Shown here: one piece after another, positions 17,630-28,036 of the stretch
How the letters are laid out: every line of letters begins with the position of its first letter
Numbering within the stretch: the stretch's first letter is position 1
Source of the DNA: Chrysochromulina tobinii
Taxonomy: Eukaryota
NCBI GenBank assembly: GCA_001275005.1
Contig: JWZX01002920.1
Coordinates: 1 to 33,789, forward strand
Direction: 5' to 3'
DNA: 33,789 nucleotides
The notes under the pieces: model-generated
The model's database searches: none
What the model saw: only the letters and a program-made list of their open reading frames with translations
Told to the model about the DNA's origin: nothing
Program-made: the position numbers and the translations under genes

Positions 17630-20128
17630 TCATGTCGATCGCATGGTCTTCGCTAGCTGGATCCACTCCTCCTTGAGCTCAGGCAGCTTGACCACGCCCT
17701 TGAAGTTACGCGGCAGCGGCGCGCAGCGCACGTGGTCGGGCTTGGAGCCCTTGGAGACGCCCTTCTTGGCGAGCGCGATGAAATCTCTCTCGATCTCGGA
17801 GCGCTTCGCCTCGGCGGCGGGCGTGAGGAGCTCGATCGTCACGCAACAGGCGTCCTCATGCTCTGAGTCGAGACGAAGCCCGATCACCGACACTTCGAGA
17901 TCGGCCTCGTCCGCGAGCCCAAACGTGGCCATCGCAAACGTCTTGAGCTCCTCGTTCACCTGCTCGTACGCGTAATTGGCGCCGCCGCGGATGAGCAGCG
18001 CCGAGTCGCGACTCTGCCAGTAGTAGTCGTACGTGCCGTCGTGGGCGTTCGGCAGCCGGAAGCAGATGTCGCCAAGGTTTGTGTACCACCGGCCCTCCTC
18101 GGTGAGCGCCTTGGCCGTGGCCGCATCGTTGCCCACGTAGCCCGACATGAGATTCTCGCCGCGGGTAATCAGCTGCCCCGGCTCGCCATTGGCCACGTCC
18201 ACGAGATAACCTTTCTCCTTGGGGTCGACTGACTGGACGAGCCGCACCTCGGTGTAGGGCGGGTGCGGCCGTCCTATGTAGTAGCCCACCTGTGGCTGGC
18301 CGCGCAGGCTATGCTCCCAGCCGGCCTGGAGGGAGGGGCGGCACTCAGTGGCGTTCAACGGCACTCAGCGGCATTCAACGGCATTCAACGGCACTCCTCC
18401 ATCAAAGGCTATGCTCCCAGCCGGCCTGGAGGGAGGGGCGGCATTCAACGGCACTCATCCATCAAAGGCGTCATCCAAGGCGTCCTCGGCGCACCCGGAA
18501 TGCAACCAAGCGCTCGACCTCGGAGAGGTGTGTGGGCGTGCCCATCACCTGAAGGCACGTCTCCGTAGAGCCGAAACGCACAGTGGGAAGCCGACCACAG
18601 TGCCGTTGGATGCGCTCCACCGTCGTCGGTCCGACCGGCGCCGAGCCGAGCAGCAGGATGGTCTCTGAGAGGGCGGACTTGAGGAGCGACGCGGCTAACG
18701 GCAGCCCTCCGCCACTGATCAGGCTGTCGAGGAAGTCGAAGTGTCGCGAGACGAGCGGCGCGACGATCACGGTGCGCCCGCCCGCGGCGCGCGTGGCGAG
18801 CGCGGCAGCGAACTCCGCGTCCGACATGGACGTGTTGATGGGTACGCCCGTACCAGCACGCACGAGCACGGACCAGTACCTGCACTCAGAGGGCACTCAG
18901 AGGGCACTCAGAGGGCACTCAGAGGGCACTCAGAGGGCACTCAGAGGGCACTCAGAGGGCACGCAGAGGGCACGCAGAGGGCACTCAGAGGGCACGCAGA
19001 GGGCACTCAGAGGGCACTCAGAGGGCACTCAGAGGGCACTCAGAGGGCACTCAGAGGGCACGCAGAGGGCACCAGAGGGCACCAGAGGGCACGCAGAGGG
19101 CACTCAGAGGGCACTCAGAGGGCACTCAGAGGGCACTCAGAGGGCACTCAGAGGGCACTCAGAGGGCACTCAGAGGGCACTTGGCACTCGGAGGGCACTC
19201 AGAGGGTAATCGGAGGGCGATCAGAAGAGGTGAAGAGGGTGATCAGAGGTGACGAGGGCCATCAGAGGAGACGAGGGCGATCAAAGGGCCATCAGAGGAG
19301 AAGAGGGCGATCAGAGGCCCGTAAGCAGCTGTTCTCCGATGGAGCGCACTTTGTGGTGTACTGCTGCACGAGGTGTAGCTGCGTGCCCGGCCTTCGCATC
19401 GCCCAGTCGCTGATCGAGGTGGAGTTGGTGTGGTGCAGCGGATTGACCACCACAGCGACCAGCTGCTTCCCGTCGCCCACCTGCAGAAAATCCTCAAAGG
19501 TGCGCCGATTGCACTCGTACGCCCGGAAGCTGAGCCGCACGCCCTTCGGCTCACCCGTCGTGCCCGAGGTGAAGATGACGATGCGCGTCTGGTCTGGCGT
19601 GGCGACGCCTGCGGCCGCGGCGGCCTCGAGCGCCGCCTTATGCGCGGTCGGCTGCGCCGCCAGCTCGGCCACGTTGAAGACGACCACATCCAGCTTCTGG
19701 GCACGGATGGCGGCGACATGGTCGGCGGGCGTGTCCGGGTCGATGAGGACGAGCTTGCTGCCTGTTAGCTCGATCTTGTAGAGTACCTTTGCCTCCGTGT
19801 CGGCCTGCCAGTTGATGGTGACCGGAGTCGTGCCGAGCAGCACCGACGCCAGCCTAAAGGCCATGTCGCCAACCGTGTTGCACGAGAAGTAGTGCGTGTG
19901 ACACTCGCCCGGCTTGAGGCCCGCCTCGAGAAGCACGGACGCAGCGCGCAGCGCGAGTTCATGGAACTCGCCGCGCGTGTACGTCTCCGTGGCCAGCGAC
20001 TTGTCGATGGCAACTGAGTAGTAGGTGAGGAACGCGTCCTGCGCGCGCTCACCAGTGAACGCCTCGAGATACACAGCGATGCCCACGCCCAGCGAGGGCG
20101 AGGGCGGCGTTGGCAACGAGGCGGACAT
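17630..20128 (-). CDS. AMP-binding (ANL superfamily) acyl-CoA synthetase/ligase; 3 exons: 20128-19350, 18879-18495, 18325-17630 (~619 aa)
   Basis: P-loop IFTSGTTGEPKG, plus FGSTE, GQLITRGENLMSGY, WYTNLGD, IRGGANY and LPRNFKG. GT..AG introns 19349-18880 and 18494-18326 keep the frame. Confidence 0.88.
18883..19206. repeat. 11-bp minisatellite (GAGGGCACTCA)n, ~29 copies, intronic
   Basis: Directly visible contiguous tandem array with CACGCA/CACCA variants, followed by ATCAGAGG-type degenerate repeats to ~19320. Confidence 0.97.
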
Positions 20129-20179
20129 GGACGAAGCCAAGAGTATGATTCATAATTACAAATTGGGAAAGAGATTGAT

Positions 20180-20216
20180 AAGTCAAGTCAAGTCAGACTT
20201 GACTTGACTTGACTTG
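20180..20216. repeat. Perfect palindrome (AAGTC)3-A-(GACTT)3 plus one extra GACTTG
   Basis: 20180-20194 is the reverse complement of 20196-20210. It is flanked by GAGATTGATA / GAGATTTGATA and lies ~50 bp upstream of the acyl-CoA ligase ATG. Confidence 0.9.
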
Positions 20217-20994
20217 AGATTGATAAAAAGGGTTAGGTCCGTCATTCAGTTTCGTCGCGATTCCCCACGCTCAACACCCCGTTTCAAAGGACGGTTCCGC
20301 ACCCCTCGGTCAACACAACATGTAGGGACCTACCATTACTCCATTATTAGTTGATTGTTCGTTCTCTCGAGCTACTCAATTTCCGTAGCTAGAGGCTTAT
20401 AGTAGAAAGCTAGAACTCTTCCACGATTTCACATGTACATGTACATGTACCATGCAGTTGTCTTTCAACTCTTCCGAAGGAAACGTAGAAGTCAACTAGG
20501 AATTACTTATGATAGGCGTTTCGATTTTTTGTGTGATTTGTTTTTGTTACACTCGCCGAAACGGGGCGGTCGGGGCGGTCGGGGTATTCGGGTAGTTATC
20601 CTCGGCTCGTGCTTCCAGATTTTGATGAAACAGCCGTCTGCGGCCGTCTGCGGTGTGGAAAGCTGTCTGCCGCAGACAAAAAGGACCAAAAACAGGAAGG
20701 CCGTCGAGCGGGGGCCGTCGAGCGCGCGACGTCTCGATCGGTGCGATGCTGACGACGAAGAAAGCGGTGAGCCGCCTGCAAGAGAAGGGCAGGTACCGCA
20801 AAAAGGGCGGTGCGAACGGCATCCTCGGCATGTACCCTGCTGGAACCGGAATTCCTATGGCGTTCGGGAAGCCCATGACGATGACTGTGCTGTACAGCTG
20901 TGATCGGCGTTGGCGTGCCGTCTACACCACAGCGCGAATGTAAGGAACACTTGATCAAATCGTGCACGAAGCATGACAAAAATTCCCGCAGGGG

Positions 20995-21924
20995 CTAGAA
21001 ACCCCTAGCTGAAAGAAGGTGGAACATGAGCTCCAATCGGCTGTGCATCAACTCTGGAGTCAACTGTCTTCCTAATACCAGCGCCTTGGCAGCCTCCTTG
21101 AGCCTAGGTGAGACATATAGAAAGTTTGGCCCACCGCCTCGAGCCTTATACAATTCAGGTATACGCACGTAGCCACTTTGTAAAACCAGTCTCTCTGCAC
21201 CGTATTGTTGACTTCCTGGCTGTTCTTCCATCAGCAGAATATCAAATGGGAACTTTTGCGTTGAAAGACAGTCACCAAGCGTTGAGAGAACGGCATGTTC
21301 TGCGCCCTCCACGTCCAACGAAAAGAAGGTTGTCGCAAAGCAGTTGCTTTGCGACTCGTACAGCTCCTTGAGTGGCTGAGGATGTTCGGCTGCACACGGA
21401 TCAGCTGGCCCGCTGCGACGGAGAATGCTCAACAGCGGAGCGCACGGGACCTCATCGAATGCTGTTCCGCGAACGGATTCCCACCTCGCCGACGGATGAC
21501 GTATACTCAAGTCTCCCGCAACTGAGCCACCTGCTTTCGACACATGTAGCGTGCCATTCTCTGCTTGGCAAACGCCTGTATTCAACATTGCTGCACGACG
21601 GTTGGAATTCAAGAGGGCGCCGTAATTGGCCAGGTTGGCTTCGATGAGCGTTCCTGTCCAGTTCAGGCATTTCTCACTCATGAGAGTGTTGGAGCCATTA
21701 ATGCCGTCGAAGGCCCCCATTTCCACGAAGCTGCGAGCGTGGCGTCCCTCTGTTTGGGTTGCGGCTGCGTAGATGAGGAGAGGCAGCAGTTGGAGATCCT
21801 CTTTCGCTTGCGGGTTAGAGTGCGTATTCCGAAAGGCGCAATTCACTATCGATGCGATCTCATCTACTTTTGGAGATGGGCAGCGTGCAAACAAAGACGC
21901 AGCTATCAGAGGCAGCGGCGGCAT
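20995..21924 (-). CDS. FkbM-family (Methyltransf_21) SAM-dependent methyltransferase, possible signal peptide
   Basis: FVEMGAFDGINGSNT..EKCLNWTGTLIEAN, VPCAPL and FFSLDVEGAEHAVL motifs. Confidence 0.88.
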   Translation of the reverse strand: MPPLPLIAASLFARCPSPKVDEIASIVNCAFRNTHSNPQAKEDLQLLPLLIYAAATQTEGRHARSFVEMGAFDGINGSNTLMSEKCLNWTGTLIEANLANYGALLNSNRRAAMLNTGVCQAENGTLHVSKAGGSVAGDLSIRHPSARWESVRGTAFDEVPCAPLLSILRRSGPADPCAAEHPQPLKELYESQSNCFATTFFSLDVEGAEHAVLSTLGDCLSTQKFPFDILLMEEQPGSQQYGAERLVLQSGYVRIPELYKARGGGPNFLYVSPRLKEAAKALVLGRQLTPELMHSRLELMFHLLSARGF

Positions 21925-22792
21925 AGCCGTTGCGTGTTGACACCCACTTGCGGATCGGTGCCGTAAGGTTTACGGCTGTGAGGTCCTGTGTGTGTTGCGT
22001 GTGCACACTCTCTCCTCGGCGCTGGATTCCTGTGACTCGGTGTATCTCCTCGCGCACGGTGTGAAAATCGAAGTGAAACCACCAAACCAGAATTTGGATC
22101 TCAACTTCTTATCTCAAAAGACCAGCCGCCACAACAGGCAGCCGTGGGAAAGAGTGACTACTTGAGTAGTGGTGAGTAACCTTAGACGTCGCACACGGAG
22201 CGCGCCGAGGGTGTTCTAGACAGACAACTCTCGACTCACGCCTGAAAAAACACGCGCTTGCGGGAAGTGATCGCGATTCTAAGTTCGCGCCCGATTAGGC
22301 AATCGGGGCGCGGTGCCACGCTCCAGGGGCCACAAAGGGGCAAGGGCCACACTCAGGGGGGCACACACTATAACACGCGACGGTGAGAGCCATCCAACGG
22401 GCAAGTGCCCGGTTCACGGCCGAGCATTCGATCCGTCTAAGCGGCCGAGCGGGCCGCATTCGATTCGCCTAAGCTTGTGTTAAGCATTTCCTTCGGACGG
22501 CAGCCAACCCAGGAACGAGTGTGGGTTTGTGGCCGCCGCCCCGCGCGAAGGACCTTGTCAGGACCGACACGTGCTCCCAGCCACAGAAAGACTCCGAGAA
22601 TGCGAGATGATAAGCCCTCCAATGTCGCGCCTGAAGCGGGGGAAGGCGCGGTGTTCGAAGGTTTGGGGGGTATTGCGTTGTGACAAAGCGTAATCTGCTG
22701 TCGGTAATAGGCCCGCGCCCGAGCGCGCGTGTCGGTGCGCTGCCGGGTTAAATTTGACGACGATTAACAGCAGAATTGGTGTCATTCTAGGT

Positions 22793-24001
22793 CTAGTAGG
22801 TTGGGCTCTGCGCGCAGCTTCTCTTCCTGCCACCCGCCTTTTGCACCAGGCGGCACGCGCCCTCGCCGCCAGAACCAGCTTGCATTTCCCCCAGTACCCC
22901 CACGGTCCACTCGACGACGCGCGCGCACGAGGCCGCTTGGACAGAAAAGGCATGCTTCATGGGCACTTCCAGGGTGCTCTCGAGTACATCGACTGGCACG
23001 CCGGCCGCACTGCACAGCGACGCCATGGTGAGCGGGCCCCACTTGTCGCCGGGCACGAAGCACGCGCGCAGCCCACCCGAGGCCGCGAGGGCGGATGCGC
23101 CCGCCTCAAAGTCGTACGGTGAGCCAAGCCGGTAGAGCTCTGTCTGCACGAGGCGCACTATATTGTGAAGCGCGTCGCGGTGGATGAGCCCATCCCGCAC
23201 GAGCCGGTGGCACGCGGGAGTGAACCGCTTGCGCACCTCCGTCGGCAGGAGCGCTGTCTTGAGCGATGGGGGTGCACAGCGGATCAGAGTGGCCAGGCTG
23301 CCGAACACGTGGACGAGAAGCGGGCCGATGCAGCTGGTAAGCACGTGGTACTCGAGACGAAAGGAGAGAGGAAGAGCGCGTAAGCTCGCGGGCACCTCGA
23401 GGAACGGCATGAGGAGCACCACACGGGGGCGCCACGCCTCTGACTGCAACCGAAGTGCCGCCTGCAGTGCGAGCCACCCACCGATCGAATGGCCAATGAG
23501 GGTGACACGGCCGGCCTCATCTCCGTGAATGATGCGCTGCCGCCCTTTGTCGCAGAAAGTCCGGATGCGCTCGGTCACATGCGTAAGCTGCTCATCGATC
23601 GTGTAGCATCGGCCCTCGTCGCTGCTGCCGCGCAGTCTTCGAGCATTTGCCCATGAGATGTGGCCGGCGAGGCCGAGCACCATGCCCTCGGCGTTCACAC
23701 GCGCCGTCACGGCCGCGAGAAACTCAGCATACCAGCCGGGTAAGCCCGGGTTGCCCGGCACAAAGATGATGATGCCGGAGGCGGGGCCTTTCCGTGTCTT
23801 GTTCGTGTCGAAGATAGCTTCATAAGCGCCAAGCGCCGTGCCGACACCCTCCAGCCTACACCCACCGTACAGGATCTCGTCTACGCTGTCACACGTGCAC
23901 GGATGATCACTGGCGGCGCAATGCCGAAGCAGCCAGAGGAATATCGCGAACAGCAGCAGCACTGCGGCCAACGCGACGACGAAAGCGGACTCCGACGGCA
24001 T
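22793..24001 (-). CDS. LDAH: Lipid droplet-associated serine hydrolase (LDAH/DUF2305-like) with N-terminal hydrophobic anchor
   Basis: IIFVPGNPG, LIGHSIGGW (GxSxG), DKWGP and HAF motifs. ATG at 24001 is followed by a hydrophobic segment. Confidence 0.82.
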   Translation of the reverse strand: MPSESAFVVALAAVLLLFAIFLWLLRHCAASDHPCTCDSVDEILYGGCRLEGVGTALGAYEAIFDTNKTRKGPASGIIIFVPGNPGLPGWYAEFLAAVTARVNAEGMVLGLAGHISWANARRLRGSSDEGRCYTIDEQLTHVTERIRTFCDKGRQRIIHGDEAGRVTLIGHSIGGWLALQAALRLQSEAWRPRVVLLMPFLEVPASLRALPLSFRLEYHVLTSCIGPLLVHVFGSLATLIRCAPPSLKTALLPTEVRKRFTPACHRLVRDGLIHRDALHNIVRLVQTELYRLGSPYDFEAGASALAASGGLRACFVPGDKWGPLTMASLCSAAGVPVDVLESTLEVPMKHAFSVQAASCARVVEWTVGVLGEMQAGSGGEGACRLVQKAGGRKRSCAQSPTY

Positions 24002-24128
24002 CACACCTCGTGTGAAAAGGAAGCTCGGGTGTGAAGAATCAAAACGGCGCCACATATTTTTCGTTCGTACGTGTTGTGGTGTTCCTGTGAAGGGGGTGAG
24101 TTTCGGGCGGCCATCCGGTTTGCTCGCC

Positions 24129-25712
24129 ATGGCGTTGAAGATACACTACATCGAGGACGACGGAGAGCGTCGCGAGCTCCTAAGCGGCGAGGACCTTTGC
24201 TGGGCTGCTCTGCAAGGAGATGACGCACTCGTGCAGCGTTGCCTCGACGCACATGTGAGCCTCGAGTCGACCTCACGTGACGGATGGACGCCGCTGCTCA
24301 CGGCTGCTTTCCATGGTCACTTGAGGGTCACGCAGATGCTGGCAAGCGCTCGCGCCAACCTGGAAGCGACGAGCTCGTTTGGGCGAACGCCCATAATGTG
24401 CGCGGCAAGTGGCGGCCACAAAGAGATTGTGGATGTGCTGCGCAGGTTGGGCGCCGACCTGAAGCGGGCTGACATGACCGGAGCGACAGCGCTCACTTAT
24501 GGACAGCTGGTGGGCGATGAGGGCATCATCACGTCGGTCGCGGGCAAAAGTAAGTCGATCAAGGCTCAAAGCGCCGTGGAGTCGAGCGCATTGAAGCGGT
24601 CAGGCGACGACGACCTGCCGCTGCTCGATGCGGCGCACTGGCGGCAGATTGCTGAGCTGCGCAGGCTCCTCTCCGAGAATGCAAGCGCCGAGCGCGTGAA
24701 CGCAGTGAACAGCGTGGGCGAGACGGCGCTGATGCATGCGGCATGCGATGTGCAGGGCGTCGAGCTCCTGCTCGCGCACGGCGCGGATGTGCACCTGACC
24801 AACACGTATGGCTGGACCGCCTTGAGCTTTGCCGCGATGCACGGCAATGTCAAGGTGGCGGCATCGCTGCTCGAGGCGCTTGCGGACCCGTACAGCCGGA
24901 GCCATGACGGGCGGTCAGCACTCGACCTCGCACGCGAGCACGACCACGAGCGAGGCGTGGTCGAACTCCTCGAGGCGCGCTACGCGCACGACGTGCACGA
25001 GGCCCATAGTGCGGCGGCGCGGCTAGCAGAGCTCGTCGAGACGGCGCGGGCGCAGGCGGCGCAGGCTCGGCGGCGCGCACTGCAGCTGCAGGCGACGGCA
25101 GCTCGACGGAAGATGCTCGGGCGCTCAAAGGAGGCTGGGCGGCAGGTAGCGGGCTCGGTGCTCTTCGACGCCGCGCGCGATGGGCGCGTCGAGGTGCTTG
25201 AGGCCTGTACCTACGGCGGCAATGATGCGGACCTCGACGGGCGCGATAGCCAAGGGAGCACGCCCTTGATAGCCGCCGCCATCAATGGGCATGCAGGCGC
25301 CGTGCGGGCGCTGCTCGAGGTGCGGTTACAGTCCCTCGCCCAGGCAGAGGCTGCCGCGTCCGCGTTTGAGACTACCACCGACAACGCGGCCGCCCTCGCG
25401 GTGCATCGTAAGCGCGACGAGGCCCGTGCGCGCCTGCATGGCATGCTGACTGCGAGCACGCGCAACGGCTGGACGGCGGCGCTCTGGGGGGCGCACTATG
25501 GCCATGCTGACGTGCTGGCCGCACTGATCGATGCCGGGGCCGACCTCGAAACCACCACGCCCGACGGCCGCACGGCCCTCGACCTCGCGCGCCACTCGCC
25601 GATGCCCTCGCATGCGCGCGCGGTCGAGGTGCTCACGGCAGCGCTTGCGAAGACACCTGGACAAAACGTCGGTGCCCAATCGGCCCTGGGCGCCACTGAT
25701 CTTCGTCAATAA
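24129..25712 (+). CDS. Ankyrin repeat protein (~527 aa)
   Basis: Many ANK units: GWTPLLTAA, GRTPIMCAA, GETALMHAA, GWTALSFAA, GSTPLIAAA, GWTAALWGA, GRTALDLA. ATG at 24129. Confidence 0.9.
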   Translation: MALKIHYIEDDGERRELLSGEDLCWAALQGDDALVQRCLDAHVSLESTSRDGWTPLLTAAFHGHLRVTQMLASARANLEATSSFGRTPIMCAASGGHKEIVDVLRRLGADLKRADMTGATALTYGQLVGDEGIITSVAGKSKSIKAQSAVESSALKRSGDDDLPLLDAAHWRQIAELRRLLSENASAERVNAVNSVGETALMHAACDVQGVELLLAHGADVHLTNTYGWTALSFAAMHGNVKVAASLLEALADPYSRSHDGRSALDLAREHDHERGVVELLEARYAHDVHEAHSAAARLAELVETARAQAAQARRRALQLQATAARRKMLGRSKEAGRQVAGSVLFDAARDGRVEVLEACTYGGNDADLDGRDSQGSTPLIAAAINGHAGAVRALLEVRLQSLAQAEAAASAFETTTDNAAALAVHRKRDEARARLHGMLTASTRNGWTAALWGAHYGHADVLAALIDAGADLETTTPDGRTALDLARHSPMPSHARAVEVLTAALAKTPGQNVGAQSALGATDLRQ

Positions 25713-25908
25713 CATCTTGTACGATTGTAGGCGATTATAAGTTTCGGTCCTGTATGCAGCGTGTACCGGCTCGTGTGTCCCGTGTGTATCCCGGCTCCGT
25801 TGGACGGGGGTGGGGGGGTGGGCACCGGGAGTACCCGTTGTTTTGAGGGGTTCCGGTGAACTTCGCCAAATCTCCGATTCATCGTTCGTCGTCTTTCACA
25901 AAGCGACA

Positions 25909-26502
25909 ATGCGGACCTTGCTGATCGCCGCGCTGCCGCTCGCGCTCGAGGCTCTGCGCTTGCCCTTGCCGACGTTTGCTAATCCGGCGCGCATCGAATG
26001 TACGCTTGTCTCCCGTCGATCGGTACTGCTCGCCCCGGTGGCTGCCACCACCACGGCGGCACTGCTCGCATCGTCACCCGCCTTCGCCGCGTCAAAAGGG
26101 GCGTCGGATGGCAAGTGGGCGCAGCATTTTGGCGAGTTTTCCGATACGGAGTTTGAGGGCATGACGGCCACGCCCTCTGGCCTCGAGTTCAAGATCATTG
26201 AGGAAGGCTACGGTGTCAAGCCCATCTCTGGCCAGAAGATCAAGGCTCACTATGCTGGCTACCTGCTCAACGGCGCCAAGTTCGACGCGTCATACGATCG
26301 TGGCAAGCCCCTCGAGTTCAATGTGGGCGTCGGGCGTGTCATTAAGGGCTGGGACGAGGCGCTGCTTGACATGAAGGTTGGTGAGAAGCGCCTACTCAAG
26401 ATCCCGTCGCAGCTGGCCTATGGTGCCAAGGGTGCGGGCGGCGTCATCCCGGGTGGGGCGACGCTCGTTTTCTACGTCGAGTTGGTGACGCTCGCAGCGT
26501 GA
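25909..26502 (+). CDS. FKBP-type peptidyl-prolyl isomerase, probably thylakoid lumen
   Basis: FKBP core HYAGYLLNGAKFDASYDRGKP...VIKGWDEAL..MKVGEKRLLKIPSQLAYG. The leader has a signal peptide, twin-arginine SRRSVLL and an AFA cleavage motif. Confidence 0.93.
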   Translation: MRTLLIAALPLALEALRLPLPTFANPARIECTLVSRRSVLLAPVAATTTAALLASSPAFAASKGASDGKWAQHFGEFSDTEFEGMTATPSGLEFKIIEEGYGVKPISGQKIKAHYAGYLLNGAKFDASYDRGKPLEFNVGVGRVIKGWDEALLDMKVGEKRLLKIPSQLAYGAKGAGGVIPGGATLVFYVELVTLAA

Positions 26503-26779
26503 GCACGGGCGGGCGGCCAAGACAGATTCTTCCACGAGGAAGGTGTCCTCGGCTTTCGGCTGTCTCTTCCTCGATTTCGGGCGCGCTCGTTTCACACCAC
26601 ACCGTCTGTGCGGAACGGCAGGTCTGTGCGGAACGCGGCGGAATGTGGTAAATTTGGTTGTTGTTTCTTCATCTCACGTGGCGGAGTCCCACCCGCACAC
26701 TTACAACTGGCGGATTCTCTTCGTCAGCAAAGCTCGCGCCGTGTCGGTTCGAGAANTCTCCGCGGCGCGAAGATCGAAA

Positions 26780-27772
26780 ATGCCTCTTCGCCGTAGTCGG
26801 CACTCCGTCGGCTTCGGCTTGCTCCTTTGCAGGTCCCTGCACGCATTGCGACCTGCAAACGACCTCATATCAAGAACATTTCTAGAGATAGTCCGCGCCA
26901 ATAACAATGCCGCGGCAGCGGCCGAAAGTGCGCGTCGTTTTGTCGTCGGCGGCACCAGTGTCGGCCGCGTTCTGGAGCAGTCAGCTGTTGCACTGGGGCG
27001 CTACCCAGAGGTGTTCTCGGTGAGCGAGGACTCCGTGACGCTACGGGCCGAGGTGGGCGCCAACGTTCAAGAGCGCACGATCGCGGTGGCGCGCGTCCTC
27101 GATGCCCTTCGCGCCGAGGGATCCGTGCCGATGCTAGAGGGCTGGCGAAACGAGGCTTTTGCCATCCGCTCCTCATTCTTTGCGCCGACGGAGCTGACGG
27201 TCGAACGGGCCGCAGCAGGCCTCTTCGGTTGCCCGGCGTACGGCGTCTTCGTAGTCGGTTACGTGGCCGACGAGGCGACGGGCGTGCCGTCGCACGTGTG
27301 GATCGGCCGGCGTTCTCCCACCAAACCTACGTGGCCTGGGCTGCTCGATTGCCTAGCGGCAGGCGGCATGGCGGCGGGCGAGATTCCGCTCGAGGCGGCG
27401 CGCAAGGAGGCGGCCGAGGAGGCTGGCATCTCCGCCGCGCTCGCCGCGAACATCCGTCCATCGGGCGGCGTCTGTTACACCGGCTTCGACCAAACACGCT
27501 GGGCGCTCAAGCGGGACGTATTGTACACCTTCGACCTGCGCTGCCCCGCGGACTTCAAGCCACAGTGCACCGATGGCGAGGTGGCCTCCTTCGAGTGCTT
27601 GCCGGTTGCCGAGCTAGTGCGCCTCCTCCAGCGCCATGCCGACGAGGTCCAATTCAAGCCCAACGTGGCGGTCGTCTTCATTGACTTCCTGATGCGCCAG
27701 GGTTTCGTCTCGCCCGACGAGGACGGTTACCTTGAGCTGCTCGCCGAGCTGCGCAGGGCCGAGTGCCGTTGA
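26780..27772 (+). CDS. Nudix hydrolase (plant NUDT20/24, yeast YJR142W-like, DUF4743)
   Basis: GWRNE, ERAAAGLFG..AYGV, WIGRRSPTKPTWPGLLD..AAGG, Nudix box ARKEAAEEAG, DGEV and FKPN motifs. Confidence 0.9.
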   Translation: MPLRRSRHSVGFGLLLCRSLHALRPANDLISRTFLEIVRANNNAAAAAESARRFVVGGTSVGRVLEQSAVALGRYPEVFSVSEDSVTLRAEVGANVQERTIAVARVLDALRAEGSVPMLEGWRNEAFAIRSSFFAPTELTVERAAAGLFGCPAYGVFVVGYVADEATGVPSHVWIGRRSPTKPTWPGLLDCLAAGGMAAGEIPLEAARKEAAEEAGISAALAANIRPSGGVCYTGFDQTRWALKRDVLYTFDLRCPADFKPQCTDGEVASFECLPVAELVRLLQRHADEVQFKPNVAVVFIDFLMRQGFVSPDEDGYLELLAELRRAECR

Positions 27773-28036
27773 GTCGGGAGCAATTTAGCCGCAGTTTATG
27801 TGGCTGCACCTGCTCTTTGTTCGTGGGTTCTGGTTGGGGTTCCGACGCGAGATTCGCGATCTCGGCGCCATCTCGGCTCCACGTCGTCGCGCCGTCGCGG
27901 CTCGCCGGTACCGCGGTGGGGCGGCCCCGGGGTCACTAGCTTTGAAGATTTCGAGTTTGAACATTTCCAGTGAGACCCGGGCGCCACCGGACACGCCGCC
28001 CGGAGGACTCGCGACCGACACGCGGAAGTCGTGAAG

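Noticed and set aside
18883..19206. CRISPR array or telomeric repeat
   Set aside because: Contiguous 11-bp units with no unique spacers, no cas genes, and located inside a GT..AG intron.
18583..19781. ORFs encoding (HSEGTQRALRG)n
   Set aside because: Translation of the intronic minisatellite, antisense to the acyl-CoA ligase.
20433..20979. Small overlapping ORFs on both strands
   Set aside because: No frame stands out and there are no recognisable domains.
22430..22790. Possible structured ncRNA (RNase P/MRP, snRNA)
   Set aside because: No diagnostic conserved motifs found by eye; an Infernal/Rfam scan would be needed.
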